DNA of 64,000 nucleotides from Macrostomum lignano (Eukaryota): NCBI GenBank assembly GCA_002269645.1, contig NIVC01000522.1, positions 186,001 to 250,000 of the forward strand, read 5' to 3'. Shown piece by piece: positions 48,482 to 59,499 of this stretch (position 1 is its first letter; each line of letters starts with the position of its first letter). The notes under the pieces were generated by a model. It saw only the letters and a program-made list of their open reading frames with translations, ran no database searches and was not told where the DNA came from. The position numbers and the translations under genes were made by a program.

Positions 48482-51400
48482 ATGCCAAAAGCCAATCCAG
48501 CAAAGATTTAGTCAACAAATATTTTTCAAAAGGCGTCTCATTTCAAGACAAAAGTAATTTACTAAGAGAAGCATGCAAACAAAAGTTTAACACCGACCCT
48601 GGTCACCTGGGAAGCTATGAAAAACAGTTGGAAATCATCAATCAATTAGAATCCAACCAGTATGCGCCTATAAAAAATCCTGCAAAGGAACACCAAGAGA
48701 GGAGTCGCAACTTAGTTAACAAATACGAAACTCTCACTGGTGAAAAAGCAAAGTACCCACAAAATAAGCAGGAACAAGAGAAATTAGAGCAATTAATCCA
48801 TTTAAAAGAGTCGGAGCTTGCCATTGAAGAGATTAATTTTGCACAGAGGAAGTTTACAGAACATTACATAGAGTACACAATCCCAATTAACGGCACCAAC
48901 GGCACCACCGCAAACATCTACGACTATAAAGACAGCATCCAATCAGTTGTTGATCACACACTCAAAACACGCAAGACCTTTAAACTACAGATATCATTCA
49001 AGATTGCGTTTTATATGCCTGCAAAACCCACTGAGCATCTCGAGTATTACATGACAACAAAGGCAAAGCCATTCACCCCTACAGACACACTGGATCCTTT
49101 CCTTCAAGATGTCACTAAGAAAATTGAAGCGTTTACATCCAGAGGTTCCGGATGGGTCGTGGAGGGATTCAAAGAGCGACTGTCATGGTCATGAAATATG
49201 ACCCACTTAAAGCCTCCTCTTATATAGAGCTCCCACATAAGCTAGCCGGCAAAAAAGCTTGCATAAATGTTAAAAATAAAGACAATTGCTGTGCTCTATG
49301 GGCAGTTCTTTCTGCACTTCTTTATGATAGTGTCCCTCACCACCCCGAAAGAACCTCAAATTATCAAAATTATTTCAACTACTATCTCATCGAATGCGAA
49401 AAGAAGGGAATCAGGTTTGACAAAGGAGGCTTGGCGATCTCTCAGATCCCAAAGCTAGAAGAAGTGTTTAATAACAAAATTAGAATCACAGTCTTTGAGT
49501 GGAGTGAAAAAACTGAGAAAGTTCAACCGGTCAGATGTAGCAAAGACGTTTTAGATCCTGAGGGGAAAAGGCGGACTGAAGTGGATCTTCTAGTGATTGG
49601 TAATTTACTAGAGGAGGCTCACTATGTTTGGATTAAAGATCTTTCAAGACTCATTCACAAGCAGTTGAATAATCATCACGAGGCTGTTGCCATCTGCCGC
49701 TTGTGCCTTAAGCATTACAGTGGACCTGAACGCTTTGAAAAACTAACAGAGCATGAATTATCATGCGAGGATCACCCGACAAACTGCTCTCTTCCTTCAG
49801 CTGAAGAGAAGTATCTCCGGTTTAAGAACTATCACAAGATGGAGAAGCTCCCATTTGTTGTATATGCTGATTTCGAATGCTCAATCATGCCAGAAACTCA
49901 AAAACAAACTCAACTCAAAAACAAACTCAAACTCAAAAACATGTCCCCAATTCAGTAGCATATGCCTTTATTAATACAAAAGGACTTGTTGAGTATAATT
50001 ATTTCTTTGGAGAGCAGTGTGTGGAGCAGTTTATTGCCAGAATGTTAGAGTTGCAAAAAGTGATTAGCACCCTTCAACCTGTTCCAATAATGATGACTGA
50101 GGAGGATGAAAGCAATTTCCTATCAGCAACTCATTGCCACATCTGCAGGAAACATTTAACTTGCACTAATATTAAAAACCCCACCGTTAGGGACCACTGC
50201 CACTTTACTGGGAAATTTAGAGGTGCAGCGCATAACACCTGTAATCTAAAGCTAAAATCGAACATTCATGATCTAACGATATTTTGTCACAACGCAAAGA
50301 ACTATGACATGCATTTAATAGTTGAAAAAATCGGCATGATTCCAGACATACACCTTGATTGCATCGCAGAGAACAAGGAGAAGTTTAAGTGTGTTGATAT
50401 TAAACAGGATAATTCGGGTACAGGTAAAATAAGACTGAAGGATTCATATCAATTTCTAGCTGCCAGTCTAGACGAACTAAGCAAGAATCTAAAAGATGAA
50501 CAATGTACATATACAAAGATGTTTGCAAGTAAAATTAACAACAGTGATGAATCATTTAAACTCCTGAGAACCAAAGGCTTCTACCCCTATGAAAATATTA
50601 CTGGGTATCACGTATTTGAAGAAGGTTTACCACCACAGGAGAAGTTCTTTTCAAAGCTAACAGACTCTGGAATCTCTGACAAAGACTATGAGCACGCGAA
50701 GCATGTCTATAATTACTTTAATTGTCAAAACTTCTTCCAGTATCACCTGCTTTACCTCTTCACAGATGTGTTTCTGCTGGCCGATGTGTTTGAAACCTTC
50801 AGATACACCTGGTACACAGCATATGGCCTCGATCCAGCACATTATGTGTCTCTGCCTGCCACTAGCTGGGAATCTTTGCTTAAAATGAAATGGGATCAAG
50901 ATCCAGATTGGTACATTGAACTTCTTACAGACATTGACATGTACAATTTTGTCGAATCGTCAAAGCGAGGGGGATCTCAATTTGCGTTAACAGGTATGCA
51001 AAAGCAAACAATCCCTACATTGAATCTTACAATAAGGAGCAGCCCTCAAACTACATTACTTACTTGGACGCTAATAATCTCTACGGGTGGGCGATGAGTC
51101 AAGATCTTCCAGTTAGAGATTTTCGATGGCTACCCTCATCAGAATTAAAGTGGGACTTTTCATTGGCTGCCATTTATGAGGTTGATGTTTACATTCCACC
51201 AGAGCTTCACGACTATTTCTCTGACTTTCCACCCTTCCCAGAGAACATCAAGTGCCCGAAAATAATCGAAACTCCCAATGATAATAATGGAACTTGGCAC
51301 CTGTCAGGAACAGAAAAAGAACATACAGAGAAACTAACACAGAATCTAAACAACAAGACACGTTACAAAATCCATTACAAACTGCTTCAGTATTTTATCT

Positions 51401-52341
51401 CACTTGGTTGCAGGGTCACCAAAGTTCACAGGGCTCTTACATTTACAGAGGAAGCGTGGATGAAACCCTACATTGATAAGAATACCCAGTTTAGGACCAA
51501 AGCAACCAACGACTTTGACAAGAACCTCTTTAAGTTGGCCAACAACTCTGTCTATGGCAAGACTCTTGAGAATGAGCGGAAAAGAACAAACCTGAAACTT
51601 GTTACCTCATCAGAGCCTGCTGTTATTCAGGCAAATATGTCAAAGCCAACATTCAAAGAACTCCATATCTTTAATAGCTACTTAGGTGTGATCATATTTT
51701 ACAAAACCAAGGTGACGCTGCGCAAGCCGATCTATACAGGTGTCACTGTTCTCGACGAATCAAAACGTCTGATGTACCAGTTCTTCTATGGCATGAAGCA
51801 GCAGTACAAGGATAAAATGAAACTCTTGTACACTGACACAGACAGTTTTATTATGGACATTCAAACAGAAGACATTTATCAGGACATGCTGCAGCAAAAA
51901 GATTTGTTTGACTTGTCTGAGTATGATGAATCTTTCAGGACACAGAATGGCGATCAAGTGTTTGACGCCACTAACAAGAAAGTGATTGGGAAAATGAAGG
52001 ACGAGATTGCTGGTGACATAATCACTGAATTCATTGGGTTGAGAGCAAAGTCCTATTTTGTAAAATGTGAGTCGTCAGACCCAATTAAAAAATCAAAGGG
52101 AATTCCGAAACGTGTGGTTAGGAAGGAAATTAATGAAGCTGAATACAGAGACGCCTTGAATTGCAACAAAAAGACATCACATGAGTTCTCAAAGCTACAA
52201 TCTAAAAACCATATTATTCACACAATTCAGCAAAAGAAGATTGGACTGTCAGGTGCAGATAACAAGAGATTCATTTTTGATGACAATATCAACAGTCTAC
52301 CGTTCGGGCACTGGAGATTAGGTTTAGGAGATTGGGTTTAG
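48482..52341 (+). CDS. polB: Protein-primed family B DNA polymerase (~1,290 aa reconstructed; 4 frameshifts)
   Basis: ExoI YADFEC, ExoII HNAKNYD, ExoIII YLFTDV; Pol motifs YLDANNLYG, KLANNSVYGK, YTDTDS; endonuclease VII-like CHIC...RDHCHFTGKFRGAAHNTCNL insert. Frameshifts at ~48503, ~49165, ~49918 and ~50970. Confidence 0.95.
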
Positions 52342-52414
52342 GAGGTTGAGGTTGGGTTTAGGAGGTTGAGATTGGGTTTAGGTTTAAGAGAAAGTTTAAT
52401 AAACCTCATAAAAA

Positions 52415-52815
52415 ATGACGACAAATAACTTTCTTGAAGATTTGGCTAACGAACTGGAAATCCCAAACTTTAGAGGAATATTTATGAGGGACACTCTGCC
52501 TGATTTTCCTCTAAGAAAGGAATGCGGCATCATGAACTTTGACACCACCGATAAGCCAGGATCTCATTGGGTTTGCTGGGTGATTGATCCCGATCGCAAG
52601 CACAAGTGTTATTACTTCGATAGCTATGGGACGGCAGTACCAGAAGAGCTAAGAAATTATATGAAGGGAAAAAAAATAAAAAAATTTATCGCTCAGACTT
52701 TATTCTCCAAGGTCTTAGCAGTGATATTTGCGGTGAGCTGTGCATGACTGTTTTGTATGCAATGACCAAAACACGAAAGACCTACAAGGAAATTATTCTT
52801 GGCTGTGTTTCATAG
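52415..52815 (+). CDS. Adenain-like cysteine maturation protease (one frameshift at ~52675)
   Basis: GSHWVCW (His) and YFDSYG (Asp). Restoring one A gives ...KIYRSDFILQGLSSDICGELC (Gln/Cys)...GCVS*. Confidence 0.9.
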
Positions 52816-53494
52816 GGTTCATTGTGCATTTCTCGTCGTCCTTCTTGCCGAATTTCTTGCCGATTTCTTTCCGCATAATGTTGAAAAACTTTCTCGAGTT
52901 CATTTTCAGCTGACTCATGTCATCAGTACCGACCATGTTCAAGTTCATTCGAATTGATTGTTCATAAAGATCCTGAATGGTTTTGAACTCATCCTCTGAA
53001 ATGAACTTATCCTCGATTGCCCTTGAAATGTACCCTATGATTGAAGTGTGCACCCCTTTCTCTTTTACTTGCTTCTCCTGTAGCTGCTTTAGTTTTTTTC
53101 GCCTGTTTCGCGCTACTGCTCCAGTAATTGCTGAAATAAGTCCACATGCAGCACCCACAGAGCCGAGCGGGATTGCGATTGGGGCTGTGATGACTGGCAA
53201 CACTGAGACAGCTGCAGCAGATCCAGATAGAACAGACACAGATCCTAGAATCATATTGCTGTAGTCGAAAAATTTACAGTGGCTGTCATAGCGCTTAATT
53301 TTCTTTGTGTTGTGGAAAATATTTTTTTCAAGATCATCGCGCATTTTTTGAATCTCCACTAGTCGAAACTGTTGAGAGTTACAAGTAATGACGGGGTAGA
53401 GTTTTTGTTGCTCATATTGAGGTGCACTAGGTGCACTAGGTGCACTAGGTGTTGTGGGAGCGTTCGGATCATAAAGAGAATTTTGAGCATCCAT
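52793..53494 (-). CDS. Conserved Polinton/adintovirus membrane protein (GasderminX-like), 233 aa
   Basis: LYP...FRLVEIQK, central Gly/Ala-rich hydrophobic hairpin, basic RRKKLK, and ISRAIEDKFISEDEF. Family name is from recall, not a search. Confidence 0.7.
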   Translation of the reverse strand: MDAQNSLYDPNAPTTPSAPSAPSAPQYEQQKLYPVITCNSQQFRLVEIQKMRDDLEKNIFHNTKKIKRYDSHCKFFDYSNMILGSVSVLSGSAAAVSVLPVITAPIAIPLGSVGAACGLISAITGAVARNRRKKLKQLQEKQVKEKGVHTSIIGYISRAIEDKFISEDEFKTIQDLYEQSIRMNLNMVGTDDMSQLKMNSRKFFNIMRKEIGKKFGKKDDEKCTMNPMKHSQE

Positions 53495-53603
53495 TTTTTA
53501 GGGAATTTTTTAAAAAAAAATCGGCAACTAGTTGGTGGTGGTTAGATTTGTTTTACGGTTGATTGCTTCGTCTGCAGTGACGGCAACAGGTCTCTGAATC
53601 TGC

Positions 53604-54346
53604 CTATTCATTATCTGTGAGCTCCATTCTACGCATGATCTCAAACAAGTCGGTTGGATCACTTGTTTCCCTTGTGGTCTGTGGTGCCTCTTCAGCGTCA
53701 ATGTTTTTGAGATTATGCAAGCGTTCAAGACGACCGATTCTTCTCACCGATTTCTGCCATTCGGTAAAAACTAAATCTACAAAGACTTTAATTGCAGTAA
53801 TTCTTACTTTGATTTGATCATGCAACGCTGTTGACTGAGTCATGAACTCTTCTAAATTCCTCACTTTACTGTGTTGGTTGCGACGTTTTCTTTAATTCTA
53901 TCATGCAATGCTGTTGACTGGTTCATGAACTCTTCTAAATTCCTCACTTTAACTGTGTTTGTGAAAACTCCTTCTTCAAGAATGCGCATCCGCCTATCAA
54001 TGGAGTTTCTCAGAAGATTAATTGTCGATGCTAAATTTGTTCTTAAACCGTTGATTTGCGAGACTATCGAAGTTATTTCTGACCTAAGTTCATTAGTTGC
54101 GTTTAACAACGGCACATAAAGCTTATCACTTTCAAACTTCTGCCTGGCTACTTTTATGCGGAGATCTTCTATGTTTATCTGTAGCTGGTGCATGGAGCGC
54201 TCTAATTGTTTCAGTCTGTTTTTATTCAGTTTGATCTCTGGGATCTCTTCGTCGCTGTTGATATATCGCCTGTCAAGGATGGATATTTGAGCTGATGTAA
54301 GAGCGCTGTTGCCAGAAATGGATTCACCTGCAAAGTTTATCGACAT
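53604..54346 (-). CDS. Coiled-coil, possibly fibre-like protein (~247 aa; one frameshift at ~53865)
   Basis: Heptad-rich. The internal 29-aa repeat TVKVRNLEEFM(N/T)QSTALHD(R/Q)IK is split by a missing A in the second copy. Confidence 0.6.
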
Positions 54347-54362
54347 CTTTTAATAGCAAATT

Positions 54363-55161
54363 TTAAATTACAGTTCTTTTTTCTTTGCTGATAATCACAA
54401 ACTGGTAAGGCTGATTCCACTTGTCATAGCAAAGATTAACGAATTCCTCTGTGAAATCTTTCTGCTTGAGTTTTTTGTTGGATTTATGAAATAGGCAGGC
54501 GCAATGACCTCATTGTAAAATCTTTTTAGCCTGTCCTGTGGAATGGTTGGAAACAGGAGAATCAGATTGCAGTTCCCACGAATTGTTTTGTTCGGGAGCT
54601 CGAACCAGTTCTGTGCAATGTAAATTACATTACAATTGTTATGTCGCCCTCTTGTAAAATAGTTTTCTATCTGCTTCTGTGGGCCTGTCATACAATCATC
54701 AAAGACGATCAAATGCTTTCTCCCTTTTCTAGCTCATCTGGTTGGGGTAGAAGTTTGGTCTTTGGATCAGCCTGTGGATCTCCATAGGTGAACACTTTAA
54801 TGTTCTGCCATTTTTCATTGTCTTTGAGGTGCTTTGCATATTCGGCAGCTACAATTTCAGGGTTACTGGGAAGGCTCATTTGGTTATTAAAACATGCAAT
54901 AATGTCCTCTTTGTTCAGCTTGTTTTGAAGCCCTGCAATCAGCATTCTATACTCATCTTGATACAGTGTGGGAGAGTAGATGTGCAGAGTGTCATAGTCG
55001 ATAAAGCCAGGTCTAAGAAGCATGTTAAAGACTCTGAATGTTTTACCTGAACCTGATGAACCAACAACAATGCATCTGAAGTGACTCGGGATTGACTCGT
55101 GATGAGAAAACTTAATCTGATTACGCGTCCAGTGAGGATTGAAGTCGTTTGAAAAGTCCAT
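54363..55161 (-). CDS. A32/FtsK-like genome-packaging ATPase (2 frameshifts)
   Basis: Walker A IVVGSSGSGKT, Walker B LIVFDD, RGRHNNCNVIYIAQ motif. Restored C-terminus ...EEFVNLCYDKWNQPYQFVII. Confidence 0.93.
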
Positions 55162-55195
55162 TTTTTCTATGATGAAAAAAAATTTAAATAATAAA

Positions 55196-55330
55196 TATTG
55201 TAGATGTGTCATTTTGGGACTTAGATGTGTCATTTTGGGACTTAGATGTGTCATTTTGGGACTTAGATGTGTCATTTTGGGACTTATTGGGACTTAGATG
55301 TGTCATTTTGAGACTTAGATGTGTCATTTC
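55196..55330. repeat. 21-bp tandem repeat (TAGATGTGTCATTTTGGGACT) upstream of the ATPase
   Basis: ~6 units between the ATPase start and the stop of the upstream ORF. Confidence 0.9.
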
Positions 55331-55361
55331 GGGACTAGTCTTGTACCCTCGGAAAGTACCT

Positions 55362-55739
55362 TTAGTCAAATTTGAAACCACTTCCTTTTTTAATGCTTGC
55401 TCTCATCTTCTCATAGACTGCAGGGTCCACACTGTCTGGGTTTGGGGCCAGCGGGGCCAGTGGAGGTTGAATCTCTTGTTTAGGTGTTACAGTATCCTTT
55501 ATCTTTTTGGCTGCTGTGGCTACACTGCCAGCCGCTTCGGCAACGTTCTTGATGTTCTCTTTGTTCTCTCCAATGACCTTAAAAATCTTGGCCCCTGAGC
55601 GATCAAATCAGCAAGGCCATTCCCTGAGCGTTCTTTTCTTGGATAGTGGCCTGCAGGGAAAAGTCCAGATCCGCGTTTAATGAGATTAAGTTCCTCTTTG
55701 TCATAGTATTTGTCAATGTCTTTTCAAAAATAATGGCAT
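55362..55739 (-). CDS. Small basic core-like protein (~125 aa; 2 frameshifts; absent from the ORF track)
   Basis: Reconstructed MPLFLKDIDKYYDKEELNLIKRGSGLFPAGHYPRKERSGNGLADLIAQGAKIFKVIGENKENIKNVAEAAGSVATAAKKIK...SIKKGSGFKFD*, with GxG motifs. Confidence 0.6.
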
Positions 55740-55755
55740 TTTTACTTGAAATAAA

Positions 55756-56999
55756 TTATTTTTTGTTGAACCGCGAAAGCAGAAGCTCTCTCGCCCTCTT
55801 ATCGATGTATTTTCTCTCAAGCATTTTGTCCAGGATGTTGACAAATTCTTTTCTATTTTCATCTTTCATTCCGGTCTTTGCCGCTCCTAGAAGAACCGCT
55901 ACTCGCTTGTAGATTTCAGAAATTCCTTTTCCAGTTGAGGGCGGTTGGTCTTGGGTTGTGGAGTTGGTTGGGCTTGTAGCTGCTGGGGAGGTGATGCAAA
56001 AGACTGCTCACTTTCAGAGATGGAACTGTCATGTGGTGCCTGTCTTTGTTGAGGTGTGAAAACTCTTTGCTTGATTCTGTTCATTCGATCTGGAGAGTGT
56101 TGTTCTAAGCGTTGCCAGTCTGTTGGGTGATCATTTTTATATTTAGCTACTTGAGTCGGATCTGCATTTTCCAGTTGACTGAGTACTTGTTCTTCTGTGA
56201 AATGTTGCTGCTGTTGTGGCGGTCGTTGTTGTTGTTGTGGTTGCTGTTGCTGTTGTTCTAGATATTTCATCTGATCAATGACTTCCCCCTGATCTGGCAA
56301 ACCAAACCATTGTTTAAAGTGCTTGTACTTTTTGAATTTAGTCAGGTTGACACCGCCATTGTACATGTGTTTCAGAACTTCTGGGACCTTTAGTATTTCT
56401 ATATCTCTAGCAAGAGAAAAAGTCACTAGATCTCTGTAGTTCTTTAGCTGCTTGTCCGAGATTCTCTCTTGGTTCTTGGTCATAAAAGTCAGTAAGGCGT
56501 CTGTGAAAGGAATTTTCATAGCTTCTGAGCCTTTGACAACAGAAATATTTTCCTTATTTATGTCGATATAATATTCCACTGGTTCATTATAAATGTTTTT
56601 TCTCCACATACTTATTCCAAATACATATTTCCCATCATGTTCGACACGCTCTACTGGTCCAAAAATGTTATCTGTCACTTTTAGTTGCTGTTGTGGTTGT
56701 GATTGTTGAGGTTCTGATTGTTGTGGTTGTGGTTGTTGTGGTTGCGGCTGTATCTGTGGTGCTTCTGGAATTTTTCCCAAAGCCTTTTGCACCTGGGTTT
56801 CCTGTATGTCGTCGATAGTTTCTTTGACCTGATCAATATTTTTCTTAGCTTCTCCATACCCGGGCTTATGAAACTCTGTGGCTGCTTGGACAAACTCATT
56901 GTAGGATTGTTGCTCCTTATTTATTAGCCCGGTAACTCGTTTCTCTGCTTGTGCTAGCTTCTCCAATTCAGATATCTGCTGTGTACTTTTTCGCTTCAT
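55756..56999 (-). CDS. Gln-rich hypothetical virion protein (~410 aa; frameshift at ~55940)
   Basis: The 366-aa ORF continues in the -1 frame as ...TGKGISEIYKRVAVLLGAAKTGMKDENRKEFVNILDKML..., a C-terminal motif I recognise from Polinton core proteins. Confidence 0.65.
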
Positions 57000-57029
57000 T
57001 TCTTATTTTATTTTATTTTTAGTTAAAAA

Positions 57030-58313
57030 ATGAACGACCCACTGACACCAGTTTTCTACAAATTAACAAGCCTATTTTGAGTGATGATAGCACAATCAAA
57101 GCGACTCAGGTAAGAGTTCCCAGTCAGGAAAATCAGAATGAAACTAATCTTGGTCCTGGTCAAACACTGACATTTACATACAATGGATGTTCGTCTTTGG
57201 TTAGTGTGCACAGTCTTAAGAGCGGCTTCCATATGACATTTCAATTCAAGACAAAGGGTGGTGCGGATGCGGCTCGTGCTAACGTTGACAAGCATGATGC
57301 GGATGTGGCTCTGATCAGTAACTTTTGGGCGTACATGTTCAAGGAGTTTAGTGTATCGAATGGGAGCACTGAGTTGGAGCGAATCGCCAACTTTGGAATT
57401 GTCTATGACGCTCATTGTTTGATCGAGAATCCTGATTTTATTCAATTGGGAAGTGGTGCGGGTTTTATTGCAGACGAAAAAGAAGGAGATATCAATGACA
57501 GTGGCTATAAAAAGAGGAAGAAGAGATACAACTATGCATTGCAAGGTGCTGATGATGCTGCTAAGAACCCGCTGTATCGGTCTGTTGATGTATTTGTACC
57601 ACTGAGATTCATGAGTGGATTCTGTAATACATTTAATCGACTGACTAGCAACTTTAGCTACACATTTAGACTGACTAGAGATGATCGCAGTAGAGTGTTG
57701 TGGACTGGGGCGGACCACACAAGGATGGAGGTGAAGCTAACCGGAATCGAGCTGTATTTGGAAGTCATTGAGCCAAAGACTGCACTAAAAGCAGACTATC
57801 TTAAGGCAATAGAGAAGGACATTGATGTTGCATACACAGCCTACATGTGTCGAGATGAGCGAAACGAAACTAGAACAAACATCTGCATTAAAGAGGGATC
57901 ATGCAGCAATCCAAGGTATATCATTATTAATATGAGAAACCCAAATAGCATTATACGCTACATGCATGGACGTGCGGTCCATTCAGCATGAAATCAGTGA
58001 TAATCTTTACCCTGCACTGCCACAAAATGGAGATTTCAGTCAGAACAAGATTAGCAAATTTTATAGCGAGTTGGTCGACTTGGCTGTGAAAGAGAACAAT
58101 GGAATTGCTATCACTGCTCTTCAATATGGAACTCTATATCCAATGTTTGGCGCTGATGTGTCTGCCAGACAAATGCCTACTGATAACAGCCCTGTGAATA
58201 TCGTGACTAACATTGAGAGGACTGTCGCAACACCCGTGGACCTGTACATTGTCTATGCATTTGAGAGGAAGGTGAAGCTTAACATGATCAACAATTCATC
58301 CAGTAAAGTTTAA
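57030..58313 (+). CDS. Major capsid protein (double jelly-roll; ~427 aa; 2 frameshifts)
   Basis: Restored N-terminus FLQINKPILSDDST; ALISNFWAYMFKE...ELERIANFG; FVPLRFMSGFC; NPRYIIIN; LYPMFGADVS; VDLYIVYAFERKV. Size and position beside the penton fit Polinton MCP. Confidence 0.88.
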
Positions 58314-58337
58314 ATATTTTTTTATGGGTGAAAAAAA

Positions 58338-59201
58338 ATGGAAGCTATAGCCGAAAGACTAAACAACATTGTTTCACACTCTAAGGAGAGCATTCCTATT
58401 ACAATAACTGGGCGAATTAATGACTCAAACGGGATATTTATTCAAAAATTAGAGCAGGCGATTCGCCTGGATCCAGGTGCTAATTACCATGTCTATCTTA
58501 ACGACTTCACTGGTTGGTCAAACGTTCCCAATGTGTCGGCAGCAAATAATAAGTTTTATTACAAATGGAAAGGTGCAGCAGCAGAACCTGTGGTATTCCC
58601 TGTGAGCACGCAAAGTGTGGATACCTACAATTACTTTCTAGAAAACGTATTTACTAAAAGAGGCCATTTTGAGACACCTGATGCGAGTAAGCCAGATAAA
58701 AAATTGTTCCCTGTCAAACTATCCTATGATCTCACTGTAATGAGAGTGGTCATGCAAGTTCACAAAGATGCGGAGGTTGAGTTTAAAGATGACACTTGGT
58801 ATAGGGAATTGGGATTCGTGAAGAAAGTTTATAAGGCAGAATCCACAGCGCGGACTGTCACTCAAGCGACGGGGGCCGTTAGCATGGCCCGGGAAAGTGT
58901 ACGCGGTTTGTTCTTAGCACCCAATATAGCAGACATTGTAAAGGGTTTGAATATTCTAATCAGAACTAATCTCAGTCTTGATTGGGTATTTAAGGGAAAG
59001 CGAACTAATATTTTGTACAACATCTCCAACTCTGTAGCTGGAGGACAGATGGTGGTAGAGAAACCAAATCCAGTGAAAAGAGTTGTATTGAGTAATAAGG
59101 AGATTTACGAGATTGTGCTACAGTTTGAGACTGAAGATGGGATGGGTGTTGATTTCAACGGTGAAGAGTTTGTATTGACGTTGATCATTGAGAGAATGTG
59201 A
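58338..59201 (+). CDS. Minor capsid protein (penton), 287 aa, intact
   Basis: SNVPNVSAANNKFYY and C-terminal IVLQFETEDGMGVDFNGEEFVLTLII are typical of Polinton mCP. Confidence 0.85.
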   Translation: MEAIAERLNNIVSHSKESIPITITGRINDSNGIFIQKLEQAIRLDPGANYHVYLNDFTGWSNVPNVSAANNKFYYKWKGAAAEPVVFPVSTQSVDTYNYFLENVFTKRGHFETPDASKPDKKLFPVKLSYDLTVMRVVMQVHKDAEVEFKDDTWYRELGFVKKVYKAESTARTVTQATGAVSMARESVRGLFLAPNIADIVKGLNILIRTNLSLDWVFKGKRTNILYNISNSVAGGQMVVEKPNPVKRVVLSNKEIYEIVLQFETEDGMGVDFNGEEFVLTLIIERM

Positions 59202-59499
59202 TGTTAAAATAACTAAATATTTTATTTCAGTTCTATTTCGAATTTTTAGTATATTTTTTCTAGTCATATTACTTATTAGTAGGCAACCTCACGCTTTTTG
59301 GACTGACCAAGCGTTATTTTTTTTCTAACCAGTATTTAGTGAAAGGATTGAAAACACAAAAGAAATCGGACACAAAAAGATAGTCTGTGCTCAGTCTATT
59401 GTTTTATTATGTCAAAAAGTTGGTTAACTTCGCAAGTATTCGCACATAACAAACACAAGTCTGTCATTAGTATTTCTCAGAAAAAAAAGCTTTTTTTTT

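Noticed and set aside
52320-52390. GGGTTTAGGAGGTTGAG repeats after the polB stop as a telomere-like or G4 element
   Set aside because: Only about three short copies, too little to support a function.
57056-57718. 220-aa antisense ORF over the major capsid gene
   Set aside because: It is a shadow ORF of a long sense gene with no recognisable features.
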